DNA of 32,000 nucleotides from Desulfotalea psychrophila LSv54 (GTDB taxonomy: Bacteria > Desulfobacterota > Desulfobulbia > Desulfobulbales > Desulfocapsaceae), in assembly GCF_000025945.1 (NCBI RefSeq), contig NC_006138.1, positions 1,500,001 to 1,532,000 of the forward strand, written 5' to 3'. The notes beneath the pieces were generated by a model. It did not search any database, was not told where the DNA came from, and was given only the letters and a program-made list of their open reading frames with translations. The stretch's first letter is position 1; every line of letters starts with the position of its first letter. This document shows, piece by piece, positions 1 through 9,217 of this stretch. Made by a program: the position numbers and the translations under genes.

Positions 1-788
1 GGTTTGTGAGCAGAAGTCTTGAGATTCGTCTGGGTGCCAGTTCGGATCTACCCGACGATACAGAGACCTTCTCTGCCTCGGGCCTTGATCGTTATCTGTT
101 GGAACAGGGTTTGGTAGAGGATCTGCTGGCAGGTAGAGAGGTGGCAGATATCTATCATGGTCTGGCCATAGAGGGGCGCTGGCCCCAGGGGACTCCGGGG
201 AGCCTCCTCTTTAAAAAACTCCTGACAGAGTTGGACGAATTTACCAACAGCATTCGTCAGATAGATCCCGGCCCGATTATCCAGACCCTTCCCATTGATC
301 AGCGTATTGGCCCCTATCGTCTTTTGGGGAAGGTTGCCCTGCGCCAGAATGGGATTTTTCTCCATCGTTATGCCAATCGTAAGGGCAAAGATCTACTTGA
401 GGCATGGTTATATCATCTGGTGGCGGGAAGGGAGCGACCGGATATTATCACCTGGCTGGTCTGTAAGGATGGGGTGCTGAAATTTTCAGAACAGCCGTCC
501 GAGGAGATGCTCCTTCTCTATCTGGAGCACTTTGCCTTTGGTGTTAATACCCTCTCCTCCTTTCAAGTTGAGGCGGCCTATGCCTATAGTTTGCACTGTC
601 AAAAGAAGAGTAAGAAGACACCGATGCAGGTAGCCGAGGAGACCTTGAAGGGGAGCGTGACAAAGGGGTATGAACCCGAGCTGGCCCTTGCCATCAGCGG
701 TGGAGTGGAGGAGTTTTTGGCGGGAGAATTTGAACGATACTGTATAGAGCTGATGTTGCCTATTTGGGAGTACGCCGATGAGTTATAA
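1..788 (+). CDS. recC: Exodeoxyribonuclease V gamma subunit RecC, C-terminal part (5'-truncated by the window edge)
   Basis: The open frame runs in from the window start. It lies directly upstream of recB and overlaps it by 11 nt (recB ATG at 778, recC stop at 786-788). The C-terminal sequence resembles RecC, and the recC-recB-recD order fits. Confidence 0.75.
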   Translation, partial: FVSRSLEIRLGASSDLPDDTETFSASGLDRYLLEQGLVEDLLAGREVADIYHGLAIEGRWPQGTPGSLLFKKLLTELDEFTNSIRQIDPGPIIQTLPIDQRIGPYRLLGKVALRQNGIFLHRYANRKGKDLLEAWLYHLVAGRERPDIITWLVCKDGVLKFSEQPSEEMLLLYLEHFAFGVNTLSSFQVEAAYAYSLHCQKKSKKTPMQVAEETLKGSVTKGYEPELALAISGGVEEFLAGEFERYCIELMLPIWEYADEL

Positions 789-3700
789 AGCAGGAACGCC
801 TGATCCGATTATCTTTGATGTGGCCAAAACACCCATGGAGAGAGGGGTTAATTTTATAGAGGCCAGTGCCGGGACAGGAAAGACCTATGCCATTGGTATG
901 CTGGTCTTGCGGGCCATATGCGAGCAGGATATTGGCATTGATCGTATTCTTATTGTCACCTTTACCCGGGCGGCGGCCGAGGAGCTGCGTTCTCGGGTGC
1001 GGGCCCGTTTGGTGGAGGCCCGTGATCTTTTGCAGGGACGGCATGAGGATGCGAGTCTTCGTGCCTGGCAGGAGCATGCGGTAAAGGATGAGGGTGTGGC
1101 TCGACGCTTTATCTCTCGTCTGCAGCTGGCCATTGTCAATATTGACCGGGCAGGTATTTTCACCATCCACAGTTTTTGTCAGCGGATGCTCAGTGAGCAG
1201 GCCCTGGAAAGTGGTCAGCTCTTTAGGATGGATCTGCTTACCAGTCTCGATGACCTGCGTCTCCGGGCCGCCGAAGATTTTTGGCGTATTCATGTCTACT
1301 CCCTGTCTCCCTGGTCTTGTTCTTTGGTAATGGGCCAGTGGTCTTCTCCGGCGGATCTGCTCGCCAACGCCTTTGTCCATCTCCATGGCGATACCCGGAT
1401 AGAACCAGAGGTGGAAGATATCTCTCTTCTTTGGCAAAATCTCGAAGGAGCCATCGCCAGGATGAAGGAGTGGTGGCTCGGTTCGGGTACCGCCCTGCAG
1501 GAGGCCCTGGCCGAGGCCTGTGGCGAAGACAAGTTTAAGAAGGCCTTTGTCGCAGACTTTGCCGGCTCTTTCCGGGCCTGTGAAAAGTTCTTTCTGGGGC
1601 AGGCAGAAAAATTTCCGGCAAATCTCTCCTGGCTGACCGTGGCCGGGTTGAAGGTTGAGATAAACGGCAATAAGTTTCGTGGTAAGAAAAAGGATGAGAT
1701 CGACCCCTTTCTTAACAGCATGGGTCTGCCCGAAATGGCGGCCACGGAGTTACTGGAGCTCAAGAAGCAGCTCTTTATCGGCTACCGTATATTCTTTGCC
1801 GGAGAGCTGGAGCGAGGGGTAGGGCGGCAGCTGCAGGAGCATGGCTCCATCTCCTTTGATCAGCTTATTTCCCGTCTCGCAGCTGGGCTCTGCGGTGAGG
1901 AGACCCATTTGCAGACGGCCCTGCAAGCCCGTTATGATCTGGCCTTGATCGATGAGTTTCAGGATACTGATAACGAGCAGTGGCATATCTTCTCCAAGCT
2001 CTTTGCCTCGAAAAAGCACAGCCTCTACCTCATCGGTGACCCCAAACAGGCCATCTATAAGTTTCGTGGTGCCGATATCTATTCATATTTTACTGCCCGA
2101 ACCAAGACGGATTATTTTTATAGTCTTGATACGAACTATCGCTCCCACCGGGACCTGGTCCGGGGGGTAAATGGTCTCTTCGCGGGCTCCGATGACCCCT
2201 TTCTCTTTAAGGAGGAGGGCCTGCTCTACTATCCGGTCAAATCGGGTAAGAGTAGGGATGTCTACCTGGTTGATGCCGAGAAGAAGCCCCTTGTCCCCTT
2301 TGTCTATCTACAGCTTGAGGAGAATGACGATGATAAAAAGGGCAAGTGGAGCTCGGCCCTGGCTAGAACTGCCATTCGCGGGGACATTGTTGCGGAAACT
2401 CTCCATCTTCTCTCGATCAGCGAGCCCACCTCCATCCATAAGCTGAACAGGGATGGTCAGTCGATTTATCAGCCCCTTCGTCCTCAGGATATAGCCGTTC
2501 TGGTGCGTTCAAATAGTCAGGCCGAGGCCTATCAGCAGGCCTTTTTGCAGGTGGGTGTTCCTGCCATTATTGCCGGGCGCAAGACTATCTTTGAAACCGA
2601 TGAGAGCCATGAACTCCTGCTCCTTCTGCAGGCAATCATTGACCACGACGACCTACGTCTGCTGAAAACGGCCATGACCATCTCCCTCTTTGCCTGTACG
2701 GGGGATGATATCATGGCAATCTGGCAGGATGAGCAGGCGGTGGCGGAGTGGTATAATGTTTTCCTGCAGTGCTATCATCTTTGGTCCGAGCGTGGGGTGC
2801 TGACCATGCTCTATTTTCTGGTTGATAGCAAAGAGCTCTTTGCCAATTTGGTCCAGTTCTCTCAGCCGGAGAGACGTATTGCCAACTTTACCCATCTCTT
2901 TGAGGTCTTGCAGCAGGCGGAAACTGCTGCCAATTTGGGTCCACGTCAGAGTCTTCTCTGGTTGCGCTCAGCTCTTACGGGGAAACAAAAAAACGATGCC
3001 TTTGAACTGCGGCTTGAAAGTGATGAAGAGGCCCTGCAGATTGTGACCATGCACAGCTCAAAGGGGCTGCAGTATCCCGTTGTCTTTTGCCCCGATCTCT
3101 ACGGCCGCTCTGCCCGTATTAAAAACGAGAAGAACGTTATCTCCTGTCATGATGGTGGCGCTGTTATCGATTTTGGTTCCGAACATTTTTCTGAACGTCG
3201 GGAGCGGGCCTGTCGGGAGGAGTTGGCCGAAGATCTGCGACTTGCCTATGTTGCCCTGACCCGGGCCGAACTTCGTTCTTATACCTATTGGGCGGATATA
3301 AGTGCCCGGGGCGCCGGGGTAGATGCCTCCCTTAATTCAGCCCTTGGCCATCTTCTCTTTGCCGGTGACGATATTGACTATGAGGAACAGCAGGAGCGTT
3401 TAAAGGTGCTTGCCAGAGAAAGTGGCGCTCTCTTTCAGCACGTTTCGGCAGAGCCTGCCACCTGCTCTTCCTATGGCGCAGAGAGGAGAGTAAAGAGCCT
3501 GGCTACCCGTCCCCACCGCCCCCGCCTTTTGGCAACAGATTGGCAGATGACCAGTTATTCGGCCCTGGCCTCCCTCGGCGATCATGCCCCCGTCGTTCAG
3601 TTTGACAGGGATGCGCTGGCAGATGCGCCGCGTATCGCCTTTGCCGAACTGCCCAAGGGCGCTCGCTTCGGTAATGCGGTCCATGATCTCCTGGAGAAGT

Positions 3701-4353
3701 GTGCTTTTGCCGATCTTGTCCTACATGCCGATGATCTCCATGTTCAGGGTATGATGGAGCAAAAATGCGAGGAGTACGGTCTGCAGCTCGATCAGGAGCT
3801 CTTCACCCAACTCTTTGTCCAGGCGTGTTCCACTCCTCTCTTTGCAGGAGGTTTTTCCCTAGCCGATTTGAGCCGGAGCCGCTGCCTGAAGGAGATGGAG
3901 TTTTACCTGCGCCTAGCCCATATTAATTTGGCTGAGATAAACACCATCCTCGCAGATGAGCCGACGGTGCAGGCCATATCTGCTAAAAAGATGAGGGGCT
4001 ATATGACGGGCTTTATAGATCTTGTCTGTCAGCACGAGGGCAAATACTATGTGGTGGATTATAAGAGTAACTATCTGGGCGAACTGCAGAGCGATTATAG
4101 CGGTGATAGTCTGGTGCAGGTAATGGCCGCTCATAATTATGGACTGCAGTACTATATTTACAGCCTTGTTCTGCATCAGCATCTTCAGACCTTTGTTGAG
4201 GGATACTCCTATGAGGAACATTTTGGTGGGGTTATGTATCTCTTTGTTCGTGGCATGGATCCGGATATTGCTGGTAGTGGTGTCTTTGCCACCAGGCCTG
4301 CCAGAGGGCTCATTGAGGCCCTTGATCGTCTTATTGGCGGAGGAGAAGAGTAA
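778..4353 (+). CDS. recB: Exodeoxyribonuclease V beta subunit RecB (SF1 helicase plus PD-(D/E)XK nuclease)
   Basis: 1191-aa ORF. It has Walker A ASAGTGKT, motif II DEFQDTD and YRS, plus the C-terminal nuclease motif GFIDLV...DYKSN. Its stop overlaps the recD start (TAATG at 4351-4355). Confidence 0.93.
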   Translation: MSYKAGTPDPIIFDVAKTPMERGVNFIEASAGTGKTYAIGMLVLRAICEQDIGIDRILIVTFTRAAAEELRSRVRARLVEARDLLQGRHEDASLRAWQEHAVKDEGVARRFISRLQLAIVNIDRAGIFTIHSFCQRMLSEQALESGQLFRMDLLTSLDDLRLRAAEDFWRIHVYSLSPWSCSLVMGQWSSPADLLANAFVHLHGDTRIEPEVEDISLLWQNLEGAIARMKEWWLGSGTALQEALAEACGEDKFKKAFVADFAGSFRACEKFFLGQAEKFPANLSWLTVAGLKVEINGNKFRGKKKDEIDPFLNSMGLPEMAATELLELKKQLFIGYRIFFAGELERGVGRQLQEHGSISFDQLISRLAAGLCGEETHLQTALQARYDLALIDEFQDTDNEQWHIFSKLFASKKHSLYLIGDPKQAIYKFRGADIYSYFTARTKTDYFYSLDTNYRSHRDLVRGVNGLFAGSDDPFLFKEEGLLYYPVKSGKSRDVYLVDAEKKPLVPFVYLQLEENDDDKKGKWSSALARTAIRGDIVAETLHLLSISEPTSIHKLNRDGQSIYQPLRPQDIAVLVRSNSQAEAYQQAFLQVGVPAIIAGRKTIFETDESHELLLLLQAIIDHDDLRLLKTAMTISLFACTGDDIMAIWQDEQAVAEWYNVFLQCYHLWSERGVLTMLYFLVDSKELFANLVQFSQPERRIANFTHLFEVLQQAETAANLGPRQSLLWLRSALTGKQKNDAFELRLESDEEALQIVTMHSSKGLQYPVVFCPDLYGRSARIKNEKNVISCHDGGAVIDFGSEHFSERRERACREELAEDLRLAYVALTRAELRSYTYWADISARGAGVDASLNSALGHLLFAGDDIDYEEQQERLKVLARESGALFQHVSAEPATCSSYGAERRVKSLATRPHRPRLLATDWQMTSYSALASLGDHAPVVQFDRDALADAPRIAFAELPKGARFGNAVHDLLEKCAFADLVLHADDLHVQGMMEQKCEEYGLQLDQELFTQLFVQACSTPLFAGGFSLADLSRSRCLKEMEFYLRLAHINLAEINTILADEPTVQAISAKKMRGYMTGFIDLVCQHEGKYYVVDYKSNYLGELQSDYSGDSLVQVMAAHNYGLQYYIYSLVLHQHLQTFVEGYSYEEHFGGVMYLFVRGMDPDIAGSGVFATRPARGLIEALDRLIGGGEE

Positions 4354-5988
4354 TGGCTGATAACTTATTAGAAAAACATTTCACTGAGTTTTTAACGGGT
4401 ATTTCTGGCTTAGCAGGCGAAGAGGCCCTGAGGTTTTCTGGGATCATCTCTGGCCTGATGCAGCATCTTGCCGGTGGTAGTAGCTGTGTCGAATTGGCGA
4501 AGGGGGAGTTGGCTCTGCTCGGCAAAAGTACCCTGAGCACTCAGGTGGCCGGGATTGACGAGACTCCGCTAACGCCTCTTGTCCTCTATGGCAGACGACT
4601 CTATCTGCAGCGATACTTTGTCTATGAGGCCCGTCTTGCCCGGCAGTTACTTGACTATGCCTCTGGGCAGTCTGTTCTTCGGATAGATCCCGATCTGTTG
4701 GCCGCAACCTTTCCCGAAGAGCTGGACGAGGGTGAAGAAAACCATCAGCAAAAGGCCGCAGAGAAGGCACTGCAGACACCCTTTCTGGTGGTGTCGGGCG
4801 GGCCGGGTACGGGGAAAACCACCACCGTTGTTCGTATTCTTGCCCTTCTTCATCATGCCATTGGCCATAAACTTGATGTGGCCTTGGCTGCTCCGACGGG
4901 GAAGGCCGCTCAGCGTCTCTATGAATCGATTCTCGGCGGTGCCGACCGTCTACCCGAGCAGCTACGACGGGACGTTGGTGAGTGGCTTCCTGAAAAGGCG
5001 GTTACCCTGCATCGGCTTTTGGGGACTCAGTTAAACTCCACCAGATTTCGTCATAACAGAGAAAATCCCTTAGGTTGGGATCTGGTCCTTCTCGATGAGG
5101 CGTCGATGATTGATCTGGCCATGATGAGTAAACTTGTCGATGCCCTTAAGCCGGGCGGGCGTCTTATCTTATTGGGTGATAAGGATCAGTTAGCCTCGGT
5201 GGAGTCAGGAACTGTTCTGGCCACGGTGATATCCGGGCTTGCCCGTTGTAGCGCTCAGCTGATAAAGACCTATCGGTTCAACGATGAGATAAAGGCCATT
5301 GCCATCGCCACCAATGCCGGCAATGGCCATCGTGCCTGGCAGCTGCTGGAGAAGAGAGCTGTTGAGGATTGGCAGGCTTATATAGAGGGTAACTATCGAA
5401 AGTATATTAGCTCTGTGCAGATGCTTAGCGGCTCCGGGGCTGAGGATGCCTTTGCCTCACTGAAAAAATTTATGGTTCTCTGTGGCACCCGGAGGGGGAG
5501 GAGGGCGGTAGAGGGGATTAATCAAATGGTGGAGGAAGATCTGCTCCGGCAGGGCCTGAGGGGAAGCAATAGCTCTTGGTATATCGGTAGACCTATTTTA
5601 ATTAGTCAAAATGACTATAACCTCGGCCTCTATAACGGCGATATTGGTATCTGTCTGCCGGATGAGGATGGCATGTTGAAGGTGTGGTTTGAAACGGGCA
5701 GTGGAACATTTATCCGTTTTCTTCCTGTTGCCCTTTCAGATTATGATACAGTTTTCGCCATGACGGTACATAAGAGTCAGGGCTCCGAGTTTACAGAGGT
5801 GATGATGGTTCTGCCCATCGAGGATAATCCCGTACTCTGTCGGGAGTTGATTTATACCGGGTATTACCCGGGCCAAGGAGTGTGTGCGAATGGTTGCGGA
5901 AAAACAGATATTTATTGCTTCGCTTGCCCGTTTTAATCAGCGGCAAAGTGGTTTGGAAGAGATGCTCCAAGAAAGAGACGCAGGTTAG
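4353..5988 (+). pseudogene. recD: Exodeoxyribonuclease V alpha subunit RecD, with an apparent 1-nt insertion frameshift near 5862 inside helicase motif VI
   Basis: Motifs present: GGPGTGKTT, LLDEASM, LGDKDQL, TVHKSQGSEF. The annotated frame ends in a non-homologous tail (YTGYYPGQGVCANGCG..., stop at 5934-5936). The +1 frame continues with the canonical YTG-ITRAKECVRMV...RQSGLEEML and reaches TAG at 5986-5988, 12 nt before the next gene. Confidence 0.85.
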
Positions 5989-6000
5989 GATGGTGGAGAA

Positions 6001-6894
6001 ATGCAAAGATATTTTGGCGTATTGGCGGCAACAGCCGCCTTTACTATGTGGGGAAGTTTACCTGTTTTTTGGAAGCAGATTGCCATGGTGCCCTCTCTGG
6101 AGGTGCTCTGTCACAGGACAGTTTGGTCTCTTGTCCTAACCTTGTTTATTGTCCTGGCCTTTGGCAGGAGACGAAAGGTGGTGGCGGCCATGACGAGGGA
6201 AAATGTCAAGATTTTAACCATCAGCGCTCTTTTGGTGGCCGCCAACTGGTTGCTCTCTATCTGGGCGATTAATTCCGGTTATATCGTCGCCACAAGTCTG
6301 GGCTATTTTATCAGCCCTCTGATTAACGTTGCCCTGGCCTATCTCTTTTTTGCTGAGAGATTGCGGCGAGCTCAGAGTCTGGCCCTTTTGCTGGCCCTCT
6401 CTGCGGTGGTGTATCTTGCCGTATATTACGGAGAATTTCCCTGGATAGCCCTGGGACTTGCTGTCAGCTTTGCCATCTATGGGGCGATGCATAAAAGGAT
6501 TACCGTATCGGCACTTGACGCTCTCTTTATAGAGACCTTGATACTCGCCCTGCCTGCTGCAGGCTATCTCGTCTGGCTGCAATATAGGGGGATTGGTTCA
6601 TTCTTTGCTCACGGTACTGAGGTCAGCTTTTTTCTGATGGGTGGCGGAGTGGTGACCACTATTCCTCTGCTCTGTTTTGGCTATGCCGCTCAACATTTAC
6701 GTCTGGGTACCCTGGGTATTTTTCAATATCTTACTCCAAGTCTCAGCCTTGTTATTGGTGTGTTCCTCTACAGTGAGGCCTTTCCGTCGGAGAGGATGGT
6801 GGGCTTTTCTCTTATCTGGTTGGCACTTTTGCTCTATATGGGAGAAGGCTTTTTCCAACGATATGGGCATGCCCGGGCCATCTTAGACAGATAG
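6001..6894 (+). CDS. rarD: EamA/RarD-family (DMT superfamily) membrane transporter, copy 1
   Basis: 297-aa polytopic hydrophobic ORF with RarD-like N-terminus MQRYFGVLAA..WGSLPVFWK and the two-EamA-repeat layout. A GGTGGAG Shine-Dalgarno sits upstream of the ATG. Confidence 0.82.
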   Translation: MQRYFGVLAATAAFTMWGSLPVFWKQIAMVPSLEVLCHRTVWSLVLTLFIVLAFGRRRKVVAAMTRENVKILTISALLVAANWLLSIWAINSGYIVATSLGYFISPLINVALAYLFFAERLRRAQSLALLLALSAVVYLAVYYGEFPWIALGLAVSFAIYGAMHKRITVSALDALFIETLILALPAAGYLVWLQYRGIGSFFAHGTEVSFFLMGGGVVTTIPLLCFGYAAQHLRLGTLGIFQYLTPSLSLVIGVFLYSEAFPSERMVGFSLIWLALLLYMGEGFFQRYGHARAILDR

Positions 6895-6918
6895 GTGTAG
6901 ATCGTTATGGGGGCGCCC

Positions 6919-6940
6919 TTGTTCTCTGTAGTCAGAACAA
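6919..6940 (+). terminator. Weak hairpin (ttgttct/agaacaa) followed by a T-rich tract, after rarD copy 1
   Basis: 7-bp stem with an 8-nt loop, then atatctttgttttt. Seen directly in the sequence. Confidence 0.3.
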
Positions 6941-7077
6941 ATATCTTTGTTTTTATTTATATATGAGTATTCTGCGGGAAAATATTGTCCCCCACCTTGA
7001 GCAGTGGCACTTCGGTGCCTGTGACCGAAATTCAGGGGCAGAAATGTAAAGAAAAAACAGATGAGGACGGTGCAAGG

Positions 7078-7977
7078 ATGCAAAGATATTTTGGCGTATT
7101 GGCGGCAATAGCTGCCTTTGCCATGTGGGGAAGTTTGCCTATCTATTGGAAGCAGGTGGCCATGGTGCCTGCTCTGGAGGTACTCTGTCATAGAACGGCC
7201 TGGTCACTTTTGGTCACGGCAATTATAGTTTTTTCTCTTGGCCGCTGGCGGGAGGTTATGGCCGAGATGAAGAGAGGGGGGAATATAAAAATTCTCCTCA
7301 GTAGTGCTCTTTTGCTAGCCGCCAACTGGTTATTATATATTTGGGCGGTTAATTCGGGCTATATCATCGAGGCGAGTCTCGGTTATTTTATAAACCCTCT
7401 GATTAATATAGGTTGTGGCTGTCTCTTTTTTGGAGAACGATTGCGCCGAGGTCAGATTCTGGCACTTTTCATTGCAAGCTGTGCTGTGATTTATCTTACC
7501 GTCTATTACGGAAGATTTCCGTGGATAGCTATTACCCTTGCCTTTAGCTTTGCCGCCTATGCTGTGGTTCATAAAAAGACGACCGTCTCGGCAGTTAATG
7601 CCCTCTTTATAGAAACTGTCATGCTCTTTTTGCCGGCAGTAGCTTATATAGCTTGGCTTCAGTATACGGGGGTGGGCTCATTCTTGCTCCATGGCAGGGC
7701 AACAACGTTATTTTTAGTAGGGGCAGGAGTCGCAACCACCATCCCTCTGCTCTGTTTTGGTTATGCCGCCCATAACCTACGACTGGCAACTCTGGGGATT
7801 TTTCAATATATTGCCCCGAGTCTCAGCCTTGTCATTGGTATTTTTCTTTACGGGGAAGATTTTCCCGCTCAACGAATGGTGGGCTTTTGTCTTATTTGGC
7901 TGGCGATTCTTTTGTATATGGGCGAGAGCTTTTATCAACGCAATAAACAAAATAAGGCTCTAGGTCACGGGGAGTAG
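7078..7977 (+). CDS. rarD: EamA/RarD-family membrane transporter, copy 2 (tandem paralog)
   Basis: I chose the internal ATG at 7078 because it reproduces the MQRYFGVLAA N-terminus of copy 1. The first 31 nt of the two genes are identical. By eye the proteins are about two-thirds identical over their full length. Confidence 0.82.
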   Translation: MQRYFGVLAAIAAFAMWGSLPIYWKQVAMVPALEVLCHRTAWSLLVTAIIVFSLGRWREVMAEMKRGGNIKILLSSALLLAANWLLYIWAVNSGYIIEASLGYFINPLINIGCGCLFFGERLRRGQILALFIASCAVIYLTVYYGRFPWIAITLAFSFAAYAVVHKKTTVSAVNALFIETVMLFLPAVAYIAWLQYTGVGSFLLHGRATTLFLVGAGVATTIPLLCFGYAAHNLRLATLGIFQYIAPSLSLVIGIFLYGEDFPAQRMVGFCLIWLAILLYMGESFYQRNKQNKALGHGE

Positions 7978-7989
7978 TAGTTTTTTACA

Positions 7990-8021
7990 GAGTTACCCGT
8001 GGACAGTTCTACGGGTAACTC
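7990..8021. terminator. Bidirectional stem-loop between convergent rarD copy 2 and the PNPOx-like gene
   Basis: Perfect 11-bp inverted repeat gagttacccgt / acgggtaactc with a 10-nt loop, preceded by tttttt. Confidence 0.6.
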
Positions 8022-8030
8022 TCTTCCTAC

Positions 8031-8408
8031 CTAGAGCAGTTTTTCTGCACCTGCATAGACCTCTTCAATCTTGAGTGCCGTTGCCGCATGGCCAGGATGC
8101 TTTACTGGATTCCAGCTCTTCATATCTGTAAAAATAGGGCCTTCGGTGTGGTACTCAATGCTGCCCTTCACCTGGTATGCCTTTCCCTCTTTTGTAATGA
8201 AAAGGATCGATCCCTTGCTGCCAGCAGTTATATTTTTTAATGTCTTAGAAAAATAATTGTTGGCAACAACCAGGGTCTCTTCGTTGTACTTTGACACACA
8301 GGTGGCATAAATTGAATTAGGCATTCCGGCTGCGTCGACGGTAGTGAGGATAATTGCCGCTTCTCGATTGTCCCAGGCACTGCTTACTTTTTCAGGTAGT
8401 GTGGCCAT
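8031..8408 (-). CDS. Pyridoxamine 5'-phosphate oxidase-like (FMN-binding split-barrel) family protein
   Basis: 125-aa ORF with AAGGAG about 6 nt upstream of the ATG. Size and sequence pattern (AIILTTVDAAGMPNS...GSILFITKEGKAYQVKG) are typical of small PNPOx-family flavoproteins. Confidence 0.7.
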   Translation of the reverse strand: MATLPEKVSSAWDNREAAIILTTVDAAGMPNSIYATCVSKYNEETLVVANNYFSKTLKNITAGSKGSILFITKEGKAYQVKGSIEYHTEGPIFTDMKSWNPVKHPGHAATALKIEEVYAGAEKLL

Positions 8409-9026
8409 TGTTTCTCCTTGGTATCTATTCTGTCTTAAAATGTTTTTTTTCTGCCTCAGCTATGGCAGGGGTAGAAAAATTAGTAATCCATTGCTTCCTA
8501 AGGGGCAAGTGGAAATGTTCTGTGAAATTAAAGGTTTTTGCTCTTTTTGTCAAAGAAGATATCGGGAGAGAGAAATATTTAAATCTCGGTCGTTATGTCA
8601 TTCTGTTGTTGAGGGAACTTTTCTCTTTATGAATGTGAATTGACTTTGTCATAGAGACCTGAGTTATTGGAATAATCTCCATTGTTATTCGACTGAGCTT
8701 TTCCACATTTTGCCATTATGACCGATTTCCTGATGTTGATTGTCCTCATGATATTGCTGATTTCCAGATTAGCATTGATGATGAGAACGGAGATCTTACG
8801 GTGATGTTTTTTCCGGAAAAGCGAGGGGCACATAATCACGGCATCGAAATAAAAACGGTTCGCGACTGCAATTAATTTTTGCATGGATTAGTTGTAACGT
8901 GAGGATTTTTGTCCGTTTTGCGCATAATTGTGTAAACAGGGCTATCATGGTTTGTTTGCCTTTTTGCTACTGCCTTGCAGGGCAATTATTTGATTTATAA
9001 GGAAAAAAAGTTGCATCGAGGCCATT

Positions 9027-9083
9027 GGCCGGCTAGGATGTCCTTGGTTTTGAAGACAACTGAGGGTTGGGCTGGCTTTTTTT
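9027..9083 (+). promoter_or_regulatory. Terminator/attenuator-like structure inside the leader of the Mo/W ABC operon
   Basis: gccggc (9028-9033) can pair with gctggc (9071-9076, one G-U), and a T7 run follows immediately (9077-9083). No plus-strand gene ends upstream of it. Confidence 0.3.
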
Positions 9084-9217
9084 CTTAGGGGCGGCTGATT
9101 GATTTAGGCGTTTCACGGAGAAGCGATTGCCTATCAACCTGTTATCATCTCACCGTGTTTTGAGAAGAAACGGACGGGGAGCGTCCTATATACGAGAATT
9201 TTTTTTGGGGAGAAGAA

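Noticed and set aside
760-1763. 225-aa and 155-aa ORFs antisense to recB
   Set aside because: These are shadow ORFs within recB. They are Arg/Pro/Ser-rich translations typical of the antisense frame.
7004-7020. Sigma-54-like TGGCAC-N5-TGC; similar TGGCAC/TGGCAT strings at 26337 and 19127
   Set aside because: The GG-to-GC spacing is off by 1, 6 and 2 nt respectively from the strict -24/-12 geometry. The string at 19127 also has no downstream gene in that orientation.
6985-7077. 31-codon N-terminal extension of rarD copy 2
   Set aside because: The ATG at 7078 reproduces the N-terminus of copy 1 exactly. The extension is hydrophilic and has no counterpart in copy 1.
8627-8884. 85-aa minus-strand ORF with a vaguely PilZ-like RKKHHR...EISNIM pattern
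   Set aside because: There is no Shine-Dalgarno. The spacing between the two pseudo-motifs (11 aa) is much shorter than in real PilZ domains. The Asn/Ile/Lys-rich composition fits AT-rich non-coding sequence.
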